Source: Macrostomum hystrix | Taxonomy: Eukaryota; Animalia; Platyhelminthes | Reading direction: 5' to 3' | NCBI GenBank assembly: GCA_950097015.1 | Contig: CATNEN010000005.1 | Span: forward strand, 4,774,001 to 4,838,000 | Length of the DNA: 64,000 nt | In this document: piece after piece, positions 1 through 13,182 of the stretch | How positions within the stretch are numbered: the stretch's first letter is position 1 | Layout: each line of letters begins with the position of its first letter | Notes under the pieces: generated by a model | What the model was told of the DNA's origin: nothing | The model's database searches: none | Seen by the model: only the letters and a program-made list of their open reading frames with translations | Position numbers and translations under genes: made by a program

Positions 1-315
1 CAGAATTTGACATTATATGAAACACCATTTCTTTTCGTATCTTTTCCTAGCAAATTAGAATCAGACACGTTAGAAATGAATTTGGCCCCTTTTAAAAAGC
101 TGGTCTAACCCCAAGCTCAAACTTAGTGGCCGAAAACTTTTCCTCCTCGTCTCAACCAATTAGAATGTGGCACGAGGAACGATTCTACTTTTTCATTCCT
201 ATCAGCCAATCAGATTCTCGAAGGAGGAGCGAAAAATAAATATTTTCATTCCTTCACTCAGCCAATAAAACTATTACAGGGTGCCTGGAATTTTTACTTT
301 TTATTGATATCTCAC

Positions 316-3300
316 CCGAATCAAATCCATGACATCAGGCTGGTCAGCCATTATCGGAAATTGTACCAGGCACGGCCCATAGACTGGTGCGCAGTCTCGT
401 TCGACTATTATTTTGTCCTGTCCGAGTTCGCTAGCTAATAATTGCCTATAGATACTGTGCAATTGTAGATGCGCTAAGCTGCCAATCATGGTGCCTGGAC
501 AGGTGCTAAAATATTAAATAACGATCATCATAAACACTCTTCAAATTTCTACGAAATCTTTAGCGAGACTAGGAGTAATATACTTACTCCATGAACTCTT
601 TAACTTCACGACTTGGTAAAGTGAATTTTAGCTGCACTCTTGGCTGCTTGCTGCTTTGTCCACGGAATAGACCGCTTGATTGGCTGCCTAGGTAAATCAA
701 TAATTAAAGAATACTTACTTTTCATTTCCAGTTGAATAATGTCAATCAGCGAATCGATCATTCAGTCGGTCATAAAACATTTGGTCATTCAGTCGGTGAG
801 TCATAAACCAAACAAATCACGAGGAACGTGATTGGTCATTCAGCTAGGGATCATTTGGTCATTTTAATGCTGGATCAAGTCTGTGGGTTAAAACCTCTGG
901 TCATTTAGTTGGTGGGTCATAAACCTTGGTCAATTAGTTGGTGGGTCATAAACCTTGGTCATTTAGTTGATGGGTCATAAACCTTGGTCATTTAGTTGGT
1001 GGGTCATAAACCTTGGTCATTTAGTTGGTGGGTCATAAGCCTTGGTCATTTAGTTGGTGGGTCATAAACCTTGGTCATTTAGTTGGTGGGTCATAAACCT
1101 CTGGTCATTTAGTTGGTGGGTCATAAGCCTTGGTCATTTAGTTGGTGGGTCATAAACCTTGGTCATTTAGTTGGTGGGTCATAAACCTTGGTCATTTAGT
1201 TGGTGGGTCATAAACCTTGGTCATTTAGTTGGTGGGTCATAAACCTTGGTCATTTAGTTGGTGGGTCATAAACCTTGGTCATTTAGTTGGTGGGTCATAA
1301 ACCTTGGTCATTTAGTTGGTGGGTCATAAACCTTGGCCATTTAGTTGGTGGGTCATAAACCTTGGTCAATTAGTTGGTGGGTCATAAACCTCTGGTCATT
1401 TAGTTGGTGGGTCATAAACCTTGGTCATTTAGTTGGTGGGTCATAAACCTTGGTCATTTAGTTGGTGGGTCATAAGCCTGGGTCATTTAGTTGGTGGGTC
1501 ATAAACCTTGGTCATTTAGTTGGTGGGTCATAAACCTTGGTCATTTAGTTGGTGGGTCATAAACCTTGGTCATTTAGTTGGTGGGTCATAAACCTTGGCC
1601 ATTTAGTTGGTGGGTCATAAACCTTGGTCAATTAGTTGGTGGGTCATAAACCTCTGGTCATTTAGTTGGTGGGTCATAAACCTTGGTCATTTAGTTGGTG
1701 GGTCATAAACCTTGGTCATTTAGTTGGTGGGTCATAAGCCTTGGTCATTTAGTTGGTGGGTCATAAACCTTGGTCATTTAGTTGGTGGGTCATAAACCTC
1801 TGGTCATTTAGTTGGTGGGTCATAAGCCTTGGTCATTTAGTTGGTGGGTCATAAACCTTGGTCATTTAGTTGGTGGGTCATAAACCTTGGTCATTTAGTT
1901 GGTGGGTCATAAACCTTGGTCATTTAGTTGGTGGGTCATAAACCTTGGTCATTTAGTTGGTGGGTCATAAACCTTGGTCATTTAGTTGGTGGGTCATAAA
2001 CCTTGGTCATTTAGTTGGTGGGTCATAAACCTTGGCCATTTAGTTGGTGGGTCATAAACCTTGGTCAATTAGTTGGTGGGTCATAAACCTCTGGTCATTT
2101 AGTTGGTGGGTCATAAACCTTGGTCATTTAGTTGGTGGGTCATAAACCTTGGTCATTTAGTTGGTGGGTCATAAACCTTGGTTATTTAGTTGGTGGGTCA
2201 TAAACCTTGGTCATTTAGTTGATGGGTCATAAACCTTGGTCATTTAGTTGGTGGGTCATAAACCTTGGTCATTTAGTTGGTGGGTCATAAACCTTGGTCA
2301 TTTAGTTGGTGGGTCATAAACCTTGGTCATTTAGTTGGTGGGTCATAAACCTTGGTCATTTAGTTGGTGGGTCATAAACCTTGGCCATTTAGTTGGTGGG
2401 TCATAAACCTTGGTCAATTAGTTGGTGGGTCATAAACCTCTGGTCATTTAGTTGGTGGGTCATAAACCTTGGTCATTTAGTTGGTGGGTCATAAACCTTG
2501 GTCATTTAGTTGGTGGGTCATAAGCCTGGGTCATTTAGTTGGTGGGTCATAAACCTTGGTCATTTAGTTGGTGGGTCATAAACCTCTGGTCATTTAGTTG
2601 GTGGGTCATAAACCTTGGTCATTTAGTTGGTGGGTCATAAACCTTGGTCATTTAGTTGGTGGGTCATAAACCTTGGTCATTTAGTTGGTGGGTCATAAAC
2701 CTTGGTCATTTAGTTGGTGGGTCATAAACCTTGGTCATTTAGTTGATGGGTCATAAACCTTGGTCATTTAGTTGGTGGGTCATAAACCTTGGTCATTTAG
2801 TTGATGGGTCATAAACCTTGGTCATTTAGTTGGTGGGTCATAAACCTTGGTCATTTAGTTGGTGGGTCATAAACCTTGGTCATTTAGTTGGTGGGTCATA
2901 AGCCTTGGTCATTTAGTTGGTGGGTCATAAACCTTGGTCATTTAGTTGATGGGTCATAAACCTTGGTCATTTAGTTGGTGGGTCATAAACCTTGGTCATT
3001 TAGTTGGTGGGTCATAAACCTTGGTCATTTAGTTGGTGGGTCATAAACCTTGGTCATTTAGTTGGTGGGTCATAAACCTTGGTCATTTAGTTGGTGGGTC
3101 ATAAGCCTTGGTCATTTAGTTAGTGGGTCATAAACCTTGGTCATTTTTAAACTTTCTTGACTAATTAACATTTCGAAAAACCCCTACTTATTTTTTCACA
3201 TTTTTAGTTTATTTTTAATAAAAATATCTTTAGTTCAAACACACTTGGTGCCTTGCAAACCAAACTTGTACGTGTGTGCCTGTGTTTCGTGTTAGTTATG

Positions 3301-6300
3301 AAAATAGAATCAAAAGAAAAAAATGATTTAGGGACAAATATAAAAGTTATATCGGTACTATATACGATTCTAAATTACCACTTTGTAGACTCGTTTGACT
3401 GGCAGACTTATGGAGTTTAAATTAAACGAAGACAAGAAAAGGAAAATTAATTTCGAAACTTGCATACGTTATGTTTTATACAACAACATTATCAGTAAAG
3501 TTCCTAATAAGTTACGAAAACGTTTCTTTAACTTCTCTAGTTAATAAAACCCGCTTCAGTAAATACGTAATACATAATTTTGTATAACGTGTAAATAATA
3601 TGCTTAAATTCCATGTCTACATGTATAGCTTGTGAGAAGCTTGCTACGATTCCTGTGTTCCTTCTACGATTCCTGTGTTCCTGCTACGATTCCAATGTTT
3701 AAGCTACGATTCCAATGCTTAAGCTACGATTCCAATGTCCCTGCTTCGATTTTAACGTTCCTGATACGATTTCTATGTTTCTGCTACGATTTTAACGTTC
3801 CTGCTTCGATTCCAACGTTTAAGCTACGATTCCAATGTTCCTACTTCGATTCCAACGTTCCTGCTACGATTCATACGTTCCTGATACGATTATTATATTC
3901 CTGCTACGATTCATACGTTTTAGCTACAAATCCAGTGTTTCTACTCCGATTCTAACGTTCCTGCTACGATTCCTATGTTTCTGCTACGATTCCTATGTTC
4001 CTGCTACGATTCCTATGTTTCTGCTACGATTCCAATGTTCCTGCTACGATTCCAATGTTCCTGCTACGATTCCAGGGTTCTTGCTACTTTTTGTCTGCTA
4101 AAGTTGTCTCCTAAATTGTCACGCATTGATTTTATTTTGTTAGCTTAAAAAGTGATATGAAGAAAACAAAAATATTCACAATAAACTTCATAAAGGTAAA
4201 AAGTAAAGTTCCTTCAATAAAATAAAAGGGCTTGAATGACACCTTACCAGCCTTACTCAGACTCGGATCAACTTCAATCTGCTGCTCAAAGGGTGTTCCG
4301 CCTTCGAGCTGCAGGTCCAACGACCTGAATGGATAAACGATTTGGTACATTCGTTATCTTTCTTATCTCTAGTTATTCAATTGATTTTCTACGAGTCACG
4401 AAGCACCAAGTTTTGTGATTGGCGAATCGGCCTTCCTTGATTGGCTAGAGAGGGATTTGGTTGTTGCTATTTTTAGATGAACCGCCTTCTCTTCAGTATC
4501 ATCGCGTGACCAGCGTCAGCCAATCAAATTTTAGCAAGCTCCACCACATTTAAGTCCTACGTCAGTCTTGTTCAAATTTAGCATTCCAAGAAACTAACCC
4601 AATTAAGACTTTTAAAAATGTTAACCGTAGAATCCATGTAAGCACAAAGCATAGAAGCGAAACACAGAGCAAAGCATTGCTTGAAAAAATTTAACGCTCT
4701 CACGAAAAAGATTATTTTTTACACGTTTTTTTCTGCACTTTAATGTGCACTGTGCATCGAATTGATTTCCATTTTTAAACTTTGGACTGTAGCTTGCGTA
4801 GTTATCGTTGCAAATAATTGCGACATTTCCACTCTAATTAGATTAGAAGCTACATATAATTTTCAAAGAGGCAAGGCAAATATAGTAGCAGGGTACCTGT
4901 TTCTCACAGGCGAAGAGCAAATATTTCTGCAATGTTTCATTACAGCTGTGTATTTCAATATGCAATCAATCTGCAATACCAGCCCATCAAAACCTGCATC
5001 ACCAGCCCTTCTAACCCTGCATCACCAGCCCTACAAACCCTGCATCACCAGCCCTACAAACCCTGCATCACCAGCCCTAAAAACCCTGCATCACTAGCCC
5101 TACAAATCCTGCATCACTAGCCCTACAAACCCTACAAACCCCGCATCACTATAAATAAACTTAAATAAAAAATCGGATACTTACTTCGCCGGCGTTGGGC
5201 CACCGTGTTCGTCGAATAGGGGAACAGTCACGTGACCAATACTTAGCTCGAAGACTCCAGTCGGCTGCAATTAATAAGTGTTTTCTATTAAGTTTGAGCC
5301 AATTCTTCATTATTCATGTTAAAATAACTCTTACTCAAATCTCAAATACTCAAATGTGATTCCCTTAATCTTCATCATCCCCGCTTCCAACTTTCCTATC
5401 TTCCTATCATCCGCTCTTCCCCTCTTCCGTATTCCCATCTTCCCCATTTGTCAATTTTTCCCTCTTCTTATCCTCCCATCTTCCCATCTTCCTCTCTTCC
5501 AATCCTTCTTGTCTTCTAATCTTCAGATCTTCTCCTCTCTCCCATCTTCCCCTCTTCCCCTATTAAGCCATGTTCCCATCTTCCGATTCTCTCGTGATCC
5601 CCCTCTTCCCATTTTCCCATGTTTCCGCCTTCCCATTAAACAAACTTTGCCTCTGCCATGAAGCACCCGGCGCAGTGGCAAACCTCATTTCCCTCGGCAG
5701 TCGCATCCTCAGGGCAGACAATGGTAGCCTCTAGCAGCAGTCGGACATGATTCGGAGCATAGTTATATCGAACATAGACCTCGCCGAATTCCAGACAGGG
5801 CGTCGATTCGCCAAGCCTATTGGTGAAAGTCCAGACTCGTTCATCGTTTCGATTAGCCAAGACGGCTCTGACTGTGAGCACGTTTGACACCGGACCACGA
5901 CCGTCGAAGAGGCACAGCCGAACGAATCGATCCAACACCTTCACCGCTGCGGTGGTGATTTTGGGGGAAAAAGAGTTCTCTACCTGCCATATCTACCCGA
6001 GTATCCAAATCTCAAATTCGAGTTATTTCTTCATGGCAACAGAAAAAATAGTAACTCACGCAGATCTGCCGGCATCAGAGTGCACTTTTGCAGCTGAAGA
6101 ACCTTATCAACTCGCGACGAAAACGGCTTCATCTGAGAATAATTTGTAATTCGCTAATTTAGTAAGCTTTTCTGACGTGTGGTACTGTAATATACGATCG
6201 TATTTAATGCACTACTTGTAAGTAAAGTAACAGTACTCGTAAAAAACAACTTTAAATATTGTTAACCGAAAGTTAAAAATTAGAAAATCGTAAAAATCTT

Positions 6301-9300
6301 CAGGAACGGAATTATTTATGAGGAAAAATCAGACTTGTCAGTTAATTAATAGTTATTATATTATTTGTCATAGATATTAAAAACTTATAGTGAGTACATA
6401 CTTTTACGGTTTGTTAATTGACATTAACATTTCCGTTTAAAATGCATTGTTATATTCAAATTGTTATAGTCACACTAACATCAGTCCTTAATTATAATAC
6501 AAGTTGTAAAATGTAAAATATATTAAATTTTACAATGCAACCTCAAGCTGTTACTTTGTAAGTTGTAATTATAAAAAAACATTAAAAAAAACTAAAATGA
6601 GAAGCAAATCGAAAGTTTATTAAAGTTTATTTTCGCTTCTTAAAAAATAGTTTTTCTAATATATCCGATTGTTGTTATTCGCAGGAACAAAGCATTTTGA
6701 AAATGCAATGCACTACTAAAAAAAGTAGTAGCGTTTGTTTTAGCGGGTTTGGCTCTGTTATCTATAATTTACAAGAATCCGTCATTTAAAACAATAGATC
6801 TATTTCATTGGATGTTATTATAGAGGTTAATTTGTTTTTTAGTAAGAATGTTCTATTTTTATGTGCCTTTATTAATAGGACAGATGTTGCAGAACAAAAA
6901 TAAAATTACAATAAAATAATGATACAAGGAAGCGAAACCAGTTGAAACAAAATTAGAAAATAATCCTAACTACTAGATCAATAGAAAAATGACCACAACA
7001 GGAGCTATGCGCAGAAAAAGCTAAGATTTTGTTCTCGACTTTACTGAAAGAAGCAAGAAATTCCAGAACTTCGGACCCCTCAAACGGTGATCGCGTTTCT
7101 ATAATATTTATTCTGGCGTTAGAATACCTGCGATGCTCTGCCAGGCAAGCTATCAAGGATTGCAGCGCAGGAAGGTGACAACTTTGGCTGCAGAAACGCA
7201 TGCAAGCTGAACTGACTGCCCGGATACTGTCCAGTGCCTGTTATTTAGCGTTATTCGGATATAAAAAATCCGTATATATCAGAATGAGAATTTTCTATAG
7301 CGTAGATTAACAAAACCTAAAATGGATTGTAACAAATTATATTTGAATTAAATTATAAATATATATGAATATATATATATATATATATATTACATATATG
7401 AATTTAAATTATGTAACAAATTCTATTATAAAATATATTCAAAAGTACTGAATTAGGACAACCGCAGTTTCTAATTGGCTAATTTTTAACGGGTTGATTT
7501 GTTGCTATTTTTAGAAATATATTTTCCTAAGCTCTTAAAATCACGTGACTCGCACTAACCAATGAAAATCGAACTGTTCATTTTAAGTAGTAGACAGTTT
7601 CTGAGCAATGTTAAAATTAGGCTTTATTACGGTTTTGCAAAGCACAAGAAACAATAGGTTCATTCTAATTTAAACAAACAACACAAGAGCACGCACACTA
7701 AAAAATAGCGACTGCAAATCTCCGCAGCGATTTACAAAGCAGAACACTCCATTAACAGCAAGCTTAGGATACTTAAGCACACTGAAAAGCATAAAAATGT
7801 TAACGCTTCATATAGGCTATTCTGAAAGCAGCCTGAAAGCATAGCTTATATAGGCTATTCTGAAAGCAATCGTTCTACAATTCTATTTTTTTATTTCGAA
7901 CGCGAACATGCAAATGTGCTATTAGTCTACTTAAAGTAAGTAGTCTTAACAAAATAGGCACAAAATTAATTATATTATATTACACCGTTGATTTATTCCT
8001 TGAATTGCACTGTCTCTTGGTTTTTTATTGTTACGCTTTTCATATTGTGAATAATAGGTTGTACGTGAATCAACCATGTAAAATTTTATTTGACTTCGTG
8101 CAATTACATTTATTTTTGCTACATTGATTTGTGCAGTGATTTGTGAATTGGGTTTCAAGTATTAGGATTTTCGTTTTTTGTTAACAAAAAACTCAAAGGG
8201 AACTCAGATCGATAATACCTGCTGGTTAATCGGGTCTAGCAACAGATCCCGGTAACCGAGGCAACTGCGAGACAATTTCGGCGTGAGTTGGGCCGAAAGA
8301 TTGTGGTAACCTAGGCAACGAGGACGCAGATTGTTTTTTTTCAGTTAAGAGAGATAAAAGCTTGTCATTCGTTTCTAATTTTAGCAATAAAACCAATAGA
8401 AAGTACAATTTTACCTTCGTAAAACCATTTGGCCAAAGTGCTGTTCCTGAAGCCGGCTGGCAATCCAGGTGTTAGCTGACTCGTGGAGCTGATCAGCTTC
8501 TGGAATTTGTTTCAATCGCCTGATAATTAAATGTATTATAATGGCATTTTTCTGTTTAAATGCTAAATCGTGCAAATAGTTTTCTGTTCTACAAATCATG
8601 TCATAAAAATCATACCAATTTGTCAGTTTTTTGACTGAAGACAACGAGTAGAGGGTGATTGACTAAGTAGAGATGATGGAGAGATGATGGAGAAATGATG
8701 GAGAGATGATGGAGAAATGATGAAGAAATGATGGAGAAATGATGGAGAGATGATGGAGAAATGATGGAGAGATGATGGAGAAATGATGGAGAAATGATGG
8801 AGAAATGATGAAGAAATGATGGAGAAATGATGGAGACATGATGGAGAGATGATGGAGAAATGATGGAGAGATGATAGAGAGATGATGGAGAAATGATGGA
8901 GAAATGATGAAGAAATGATGGAGAAATGATGGAGACATGATGGAGACATGATGGAGAGATGATGGAGAGATGATGGAGAGATGATGGAGAAATGATGGAG
9001 AGATGATGGAGAGATGATGGAGAGATGATGGAGAAATGATGGAGAGATGATGGAGAAATGATGGAGAGATGATGGAGAAATGATGGAGAGATGATGGAGA
9101 AATGATGGAGAGATGATGGAGAAATGATGGAGAGATGATAGAGAAATGATGGAGAGATGATGGGGAGATGATGGAGAGATGATGGAGTGATGATGGGGAG
9201 ATGATGGAGAGATGATGGAGTGATGATGGAGGGATGATGGAGAAATGATGGGGGAGATGATAGAGAAATGAGGGAGATTAGGTAGAAATGATTTAGAGGA

Positions 9301-10046
9301 TTCTGGAGATGAGGTAACAGGATGGAGATCTCTCTCCTCAAAGTGAATAATTAGATTTTCATTCCCAAGCGCGATTGCATTTCTTATAAAATAATTCGAT
9401 GCAAAAACGTTTCAGGTGATAAAAGTCAAGCAATGCTGTCCAATTAAAAAACTAAATAACAAAAGTTCTGAAAACTGATCGTCAATCTTAAATTAAGCAT
9501 AGCTAGTGATTTGTCGCAAAGCAAACATGCACTTTGGCTAATAAAAACCTATTTATATACCTCGTGACTCATAAAAAGGCTATTTTGATCGCCGGTACTG
9601 ATGCCTATGTCATTAGTGTCTGATAATAAACTGCTGTCGTCATCTGAGTCTGTGTCATCCATCCAGGATTCACGCTATAAGTACGGATTTATTTATTTCG
9701 TTTTATTAATTTGCTGATAGTTTGGCAAACAAACTGACAGACAGAAAGACAGGCGGACAGACAGACAGATAGACAGAGAGACAGACAGAGAGACAGACAG
9801 ACAGGCGGACAGACAGACAGGCAATACAGACAGGCAGACAGACAGACAGACAGGCAATACAGACAGACAGACAAACAGACAGACAGGCGGACAGACAGAC
9901 AAACAGACAGACAACCAGACAGGCAATACAGACAGACAGACAGACAGGCAATACAGACAGACAGACAGACAGGCAATACAGACAGACAGACAGACAGGCA
10001 ATACAGACAGACAGACAGACAGGCAATACAGACAGACAGACAGGCG

Positions 10047-10088
<42 letters not shown>

Positions 10089-13075
10089 GAGTCAGACAGA
10101 CAGACAGGCAATACAGACAGGCAGACAGACAGACAGACAGGCAGACAGACAGACAGACAGACAGGCGGACAGACAGACAGTCAGACAGACAGACAGACTA
10201 AGCAACTAACCTCATCCTGCTGAATGACTGACTGCGGAGCAGTAGGCAGTTCATCATGCAGCTCGTCTTCTTCCTCTTCGTCATCCTCTCCATATTCGTA
10301 CTCATCTTGGTCGTCGAAGTCGTCGTCTCCTGACTCGGACTCTTCCACAGCCTTCAGCAGGGTGCTGGGCACCAAGGCCTCCTGACCCCGGCTATTCCTG
10401 GCCAGCCACCAGCCGTCCGCCCTATCAGATGAAAATTTCGAGCAAAACGAAACAAGTCAAAATTAATCAATAAAGAAGGAATCAGAGGAGGAATATTAGT
10501 TAGAATCGTAGCTAGGTTTAAAACTAAAAGCGCAAAAGAAACCACAGAATCCTAGCGAGAGCCTTGCTAAAATTGCAGGAGGAATCGTAGCTAGGATCGC
10601 AGGAATCGTAGCTAGAATCACAGGAATCGCAGCTAGAATCACAGGAATCGCAGCTAGAATCACAGGAATCGTAGCTAGGATCACAGGAGGAATCGTAGCT
10701 AGGAACGCAGGAGGAATCGTAGCTAGGAACGCAGGAGGAATCGTAGCTAGGATCGCAGGAGGAATCGTAGCTAGGATCGCAGGAGGAATCGTAGCTAGGA
10801 TCGCAGGAGGAATCGTAGCTAGGAATTGCAGGAGGAATCGTAGCTAGAATCACAGGAATCGTAGCTAGGATCACAGGAGGAATCGTAGCTAGGAACGCAG
10901 GAGGAATCGTAGCTAGGATCGCAGGAGGAATCGTAGATAGGAATTGCAGGAGTAATCGTAGCTAGGATCACAGGAGGAATCGTAGCTAGGAATTGCAGGA
11001 GGAATCGTAGCTAGGATGGCAAGAGGAATCGTAGCTAGGATCGCAAGAGGAATCGTAGCTAGAATCACAGGAATCGTAGCTAGGATCACAGGAGGAATCT
11101 TAGCTAGGATCGCAGGAGGAATCGTAGCTAGGATGGCAAGAGGAATCGTAGCTAGAATCACAGGAATCGTAGCTAGGATCACAGGAGGAATCTTAGCTCG
11201 GATCGCAGGAGGAATCGTAGCTAGGATGGCAAGAGGAATCGTAGCGAGGATCGCAGGAGGAATCACAGCTAGAATCGCAGGAGGAATCGTAGCGAGGATC
11301 GCAGGAGGAATCGCAGCTAGAATCGCAAAAGGAATCGTAGCTAGGATCGCAGGAGGAATCGTAGCGAGGATCGCAGGAGGAATCGCAGCTAGAATCGCAG
11401 GAGGAATCGAAGCTAGGATCGCAGGAGAAATCGTAGGAAGAATCGCAGGAGGAATCGTAGCTAGGATCGCAGGAGGAATCGTAGCTAGAATCACAAGAGG
11501 AATCGTAGCTAGAATCACAGCAGGAGTCGAATAAAATTTGCAGGACAATGAAGTGAGAAGTTTATATTTGGTCTTTTCGGATCAAAAAGCAAAAACGATT
11601 ATCGCACCCGATTCGCAGAACAACCAGATGCTCGCCAGGAGCTACCCTGAGAATGTCGGGCTCCTGTCCATCGTAGGCTTGCAGCACCACGTACAGATTC
11701 GGCTCGTCCGAGGCCAAGGATCGCATATCGTCTTCCTCTTCGGCGCTGTCTTCTGCTTCTATTTTCTTGGCTTCGAGCTTGTCCGCCGTTGGCTGCCTCG
11801 GTGCTGGGGTCGGGCTGTTCGTTTGATGAGCCGCGGCAGCTGCTGCAACCGGTGCCTGTTCCTCTTCTTCTTCTTCTTCCTCATATTCTTCTTCATCATC
11901 TTCTTCCTCCTCCTCTTCGTCGAATTCTTCCGAGTCTTGATCAAGCTGAGTCTTTATCTCGACCTTAGCTTCTGGTTTGGCAGCTGGCGCTGCTTCTGCT
12001 GGTGCTGGTGTTGGTGCTGGCGCTTGGGCAGCTGCTTCTGCTGGTGCTGGTGCTGCTGGTGCTGCTGGCGCTGGTGCTACTGGTGCAGTAGTTGCTGATG
12101 GCGCTGCTTCCGTAGTTTCCTTTACCGCTTCGGCAGTCGTTTCAGTGGCTGTTTCTCCGACTGTTCCGCCGGCTGATTCTGTTGCGGGTGTTTCTGTCTT
12201 CGCCTCCTCAGCTTCGGGTTCGGGTGGCACGGGGATATTGTGCTTCTCCATCAATTTGCTGGACTTAGTCTGTAATTCGTTTTTTTAACTAGTCACTTTT
12301 TTCGAAAAAAAGAGCTAAACCTTTTTTAAAACAAGGAAAGCAATTGTAATTTGTAACTTACAAGCTCTTCTTGAAGTGATTTTACAAGGCCAGACTTTTT
12401 CTTGTCTAGGAAGAAAACTTTCTTTGCTGGCTGAAATCCAAATTAAAAATTTTTATATTCTAAAGGTAATTAAGCAAAGGATATTTTTTATTTTTATAAA
12501 GGTCTTAAAAGTTAAATTTTCACCTGAAATTCCATCACTTCCTTGATGAATACTTTCTGCTGAGCTCTAAGTTCAGTATATCTAGACGAAGAAGACAACG
12601 TGATAAGGTAACTGTTAGGTAAGCAAAAGCAAAAAATATAAGAAGAATCTAATCTTACTTATTTTGGTTGCTTGCGACCTCCGTACTTGTTCCAGGAATC
12701 GCAGACGAGAATGCTTTCACCTTTTTGGTTAGAAAAAGAAATATTTATAACTTCTAAAAAACTATTCATGAAAGTATGAAGCGAATACAAAACATGTATT
12801 AATCCACAAACAACAAGAAGCAAAGAAACGATTACTCAAAGTGACGTTTCCTTCTTTGCTTCTCTGAAAAAATGATCTTCTGACAGCACATTTTTTACTT
12901 GGCAGAGAGAGTTAAGGTACAACTAGAGAAAAAGGACATGTTTGGTGTAAACCTGTAACATATATATTCGTAATTTGCTGTATTTGCTTGGTTTGACACT
13001 TCAGAGTCCAACAAAAATCATTACCTCTTTTAGAAAATTGTCAATCTTTTTCTTTAATTCGTCGTAGTCAGCCAT
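316..13075 (-). CDS. NPHP1: Nephrocystin-1 (ciliary transition-zone protein), multi-exon, 3' end incomplete at the window start
   Basis: Exons with GT-AG ends and continuous frame: 13025-13075, 12659-12720, 12524-12581, 12362-12430, 11608-12269, 10211-10421, 9561-9674, 8415-8475, [8219-8310 or 7128-7237], 6060-6132, 5684-5946, 5185-5264, 4248-4324, 588-687, 316-505. The product has an N-terminal coiled coil, an acidic tract, an SH3 domain ([34 protein letters not shown]), then [49 protein letters not shown] and [15 protein letters not shown]. These match recalled human NPHP1 motifs ([46 protein letters not shown]). Confidence 0.93.
897..3146. repeat. 29-bp minisatellite (ggtcatttagttggtgggtcataaacctt)n in an NPHP1 intron
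   Basis: About 2.2 kb of near-identical tandem units with recurring variants and no unique spacers. Confidence 0.97.
3636..4090. repeat. ~20-bp degenerate minisatellite (ctgctacgattcctatgttc), NPHP1 intron
   Basis: Tandem ctacgattcc-core units. They generate the spurious ORFs 3632..3955 and 3835..4101. Confidence 0.9.
4975..5150. repeat. 22-23-bp minisatellite (cctgcatcaccagccctacaaac), NPHP1 intron
   Basis: Short tandem array seen directly. Confidence 0.85.
8670..9325. repeat. 11-bp minisatellite (gatggagaaat/gatggagagat)n, NPHP1 intron
   Basis: Tandem units; source of the spurious His/Ser/Ile ORFs. Confidence 0.95.
9720..10200. repeat. (AGAC)n compound microsatellite, NPHP1 intron
   Basis: Tandem agac with interspersed aggcaatac variants. 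Confidence 0.95.
10500..11530. repeat. 21/24-bp minisatellite (ggaatcgtagctaggatcgcagga) in the intron that splits the NPHP1 SH3 domain
   Basis: Tandem units between exons 11608-12269 and 10211-10421. Confidence 0.93.
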
Positions 13076-13167
13076 TTTAGAGTTTCGAGTTTCGAGGGTC
13101 AAAAAATTAATATTACACCTAAGTCCGACGACGTACAAATATTACGACGTACAAAGGACTGTTGTAC

Positions 13168-13182
13168 GTCGCCATCGGAGAC
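13168..13182. promoter_or_regulatory. Candidate RFX X-box (GTCGCC atc GGAGAC) in the NPHP1/Tectonic intergenic region
   Basis: Fits the RYYRYY-N1-3-RRNRAC X-box consensus and lies between two divergent ciliary genes. Function is inferred. Confidence 0.55.

Noticed and set aside
716-760. Possible extra NPHP1 mini-exon ending at the strong donor aaaa|gtaagt (718)
   Set aside because: There is no upstream AG acceptor in frame, and exon 4248-4324 already joins exon 588-687 in phase.
897-3146. CRISPR-like appearance of the 29-bp array (also the 30-, 34- and 44-bp arrays)
   Set aside because: Units are contiguous with no unique spacers, there are no cas genes, and the context is spliceosomal introns.
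6700-6820. Short hydrophobic plus-strand frame ([25 protein letters not shown]) in an NPHP1 intron
   Set aside because: No clear start codon or consistent downstream exons; hydrophobic frames arise easily in AT-rich DNA.
4380-7810. Loosely similar CCAAT-rich segments at 4380-4740 and 7450-7810 (gttgctatttttag, cgtgac..ccaat)
   Set aside because: Possibly old dispersed-repeat remnants, but no TIR, TSD or clear boundaries can be supported by eye.
8610-11548. Long repetitive ORFs ([22 protein letters not shown] / GIVARIA)
   Set aside because: They are translations of intronic tandem repeats, open in several frames or on both strands, inside NPHP1 introns whose flanking exons join in frame without them.
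11538-12288. Plus-strand ORFs 11538..12098 and 11977..12288
   Set aside because: Antisense shadows of the GC-rich, low-complexity NPHP1 exon 11608-12269.
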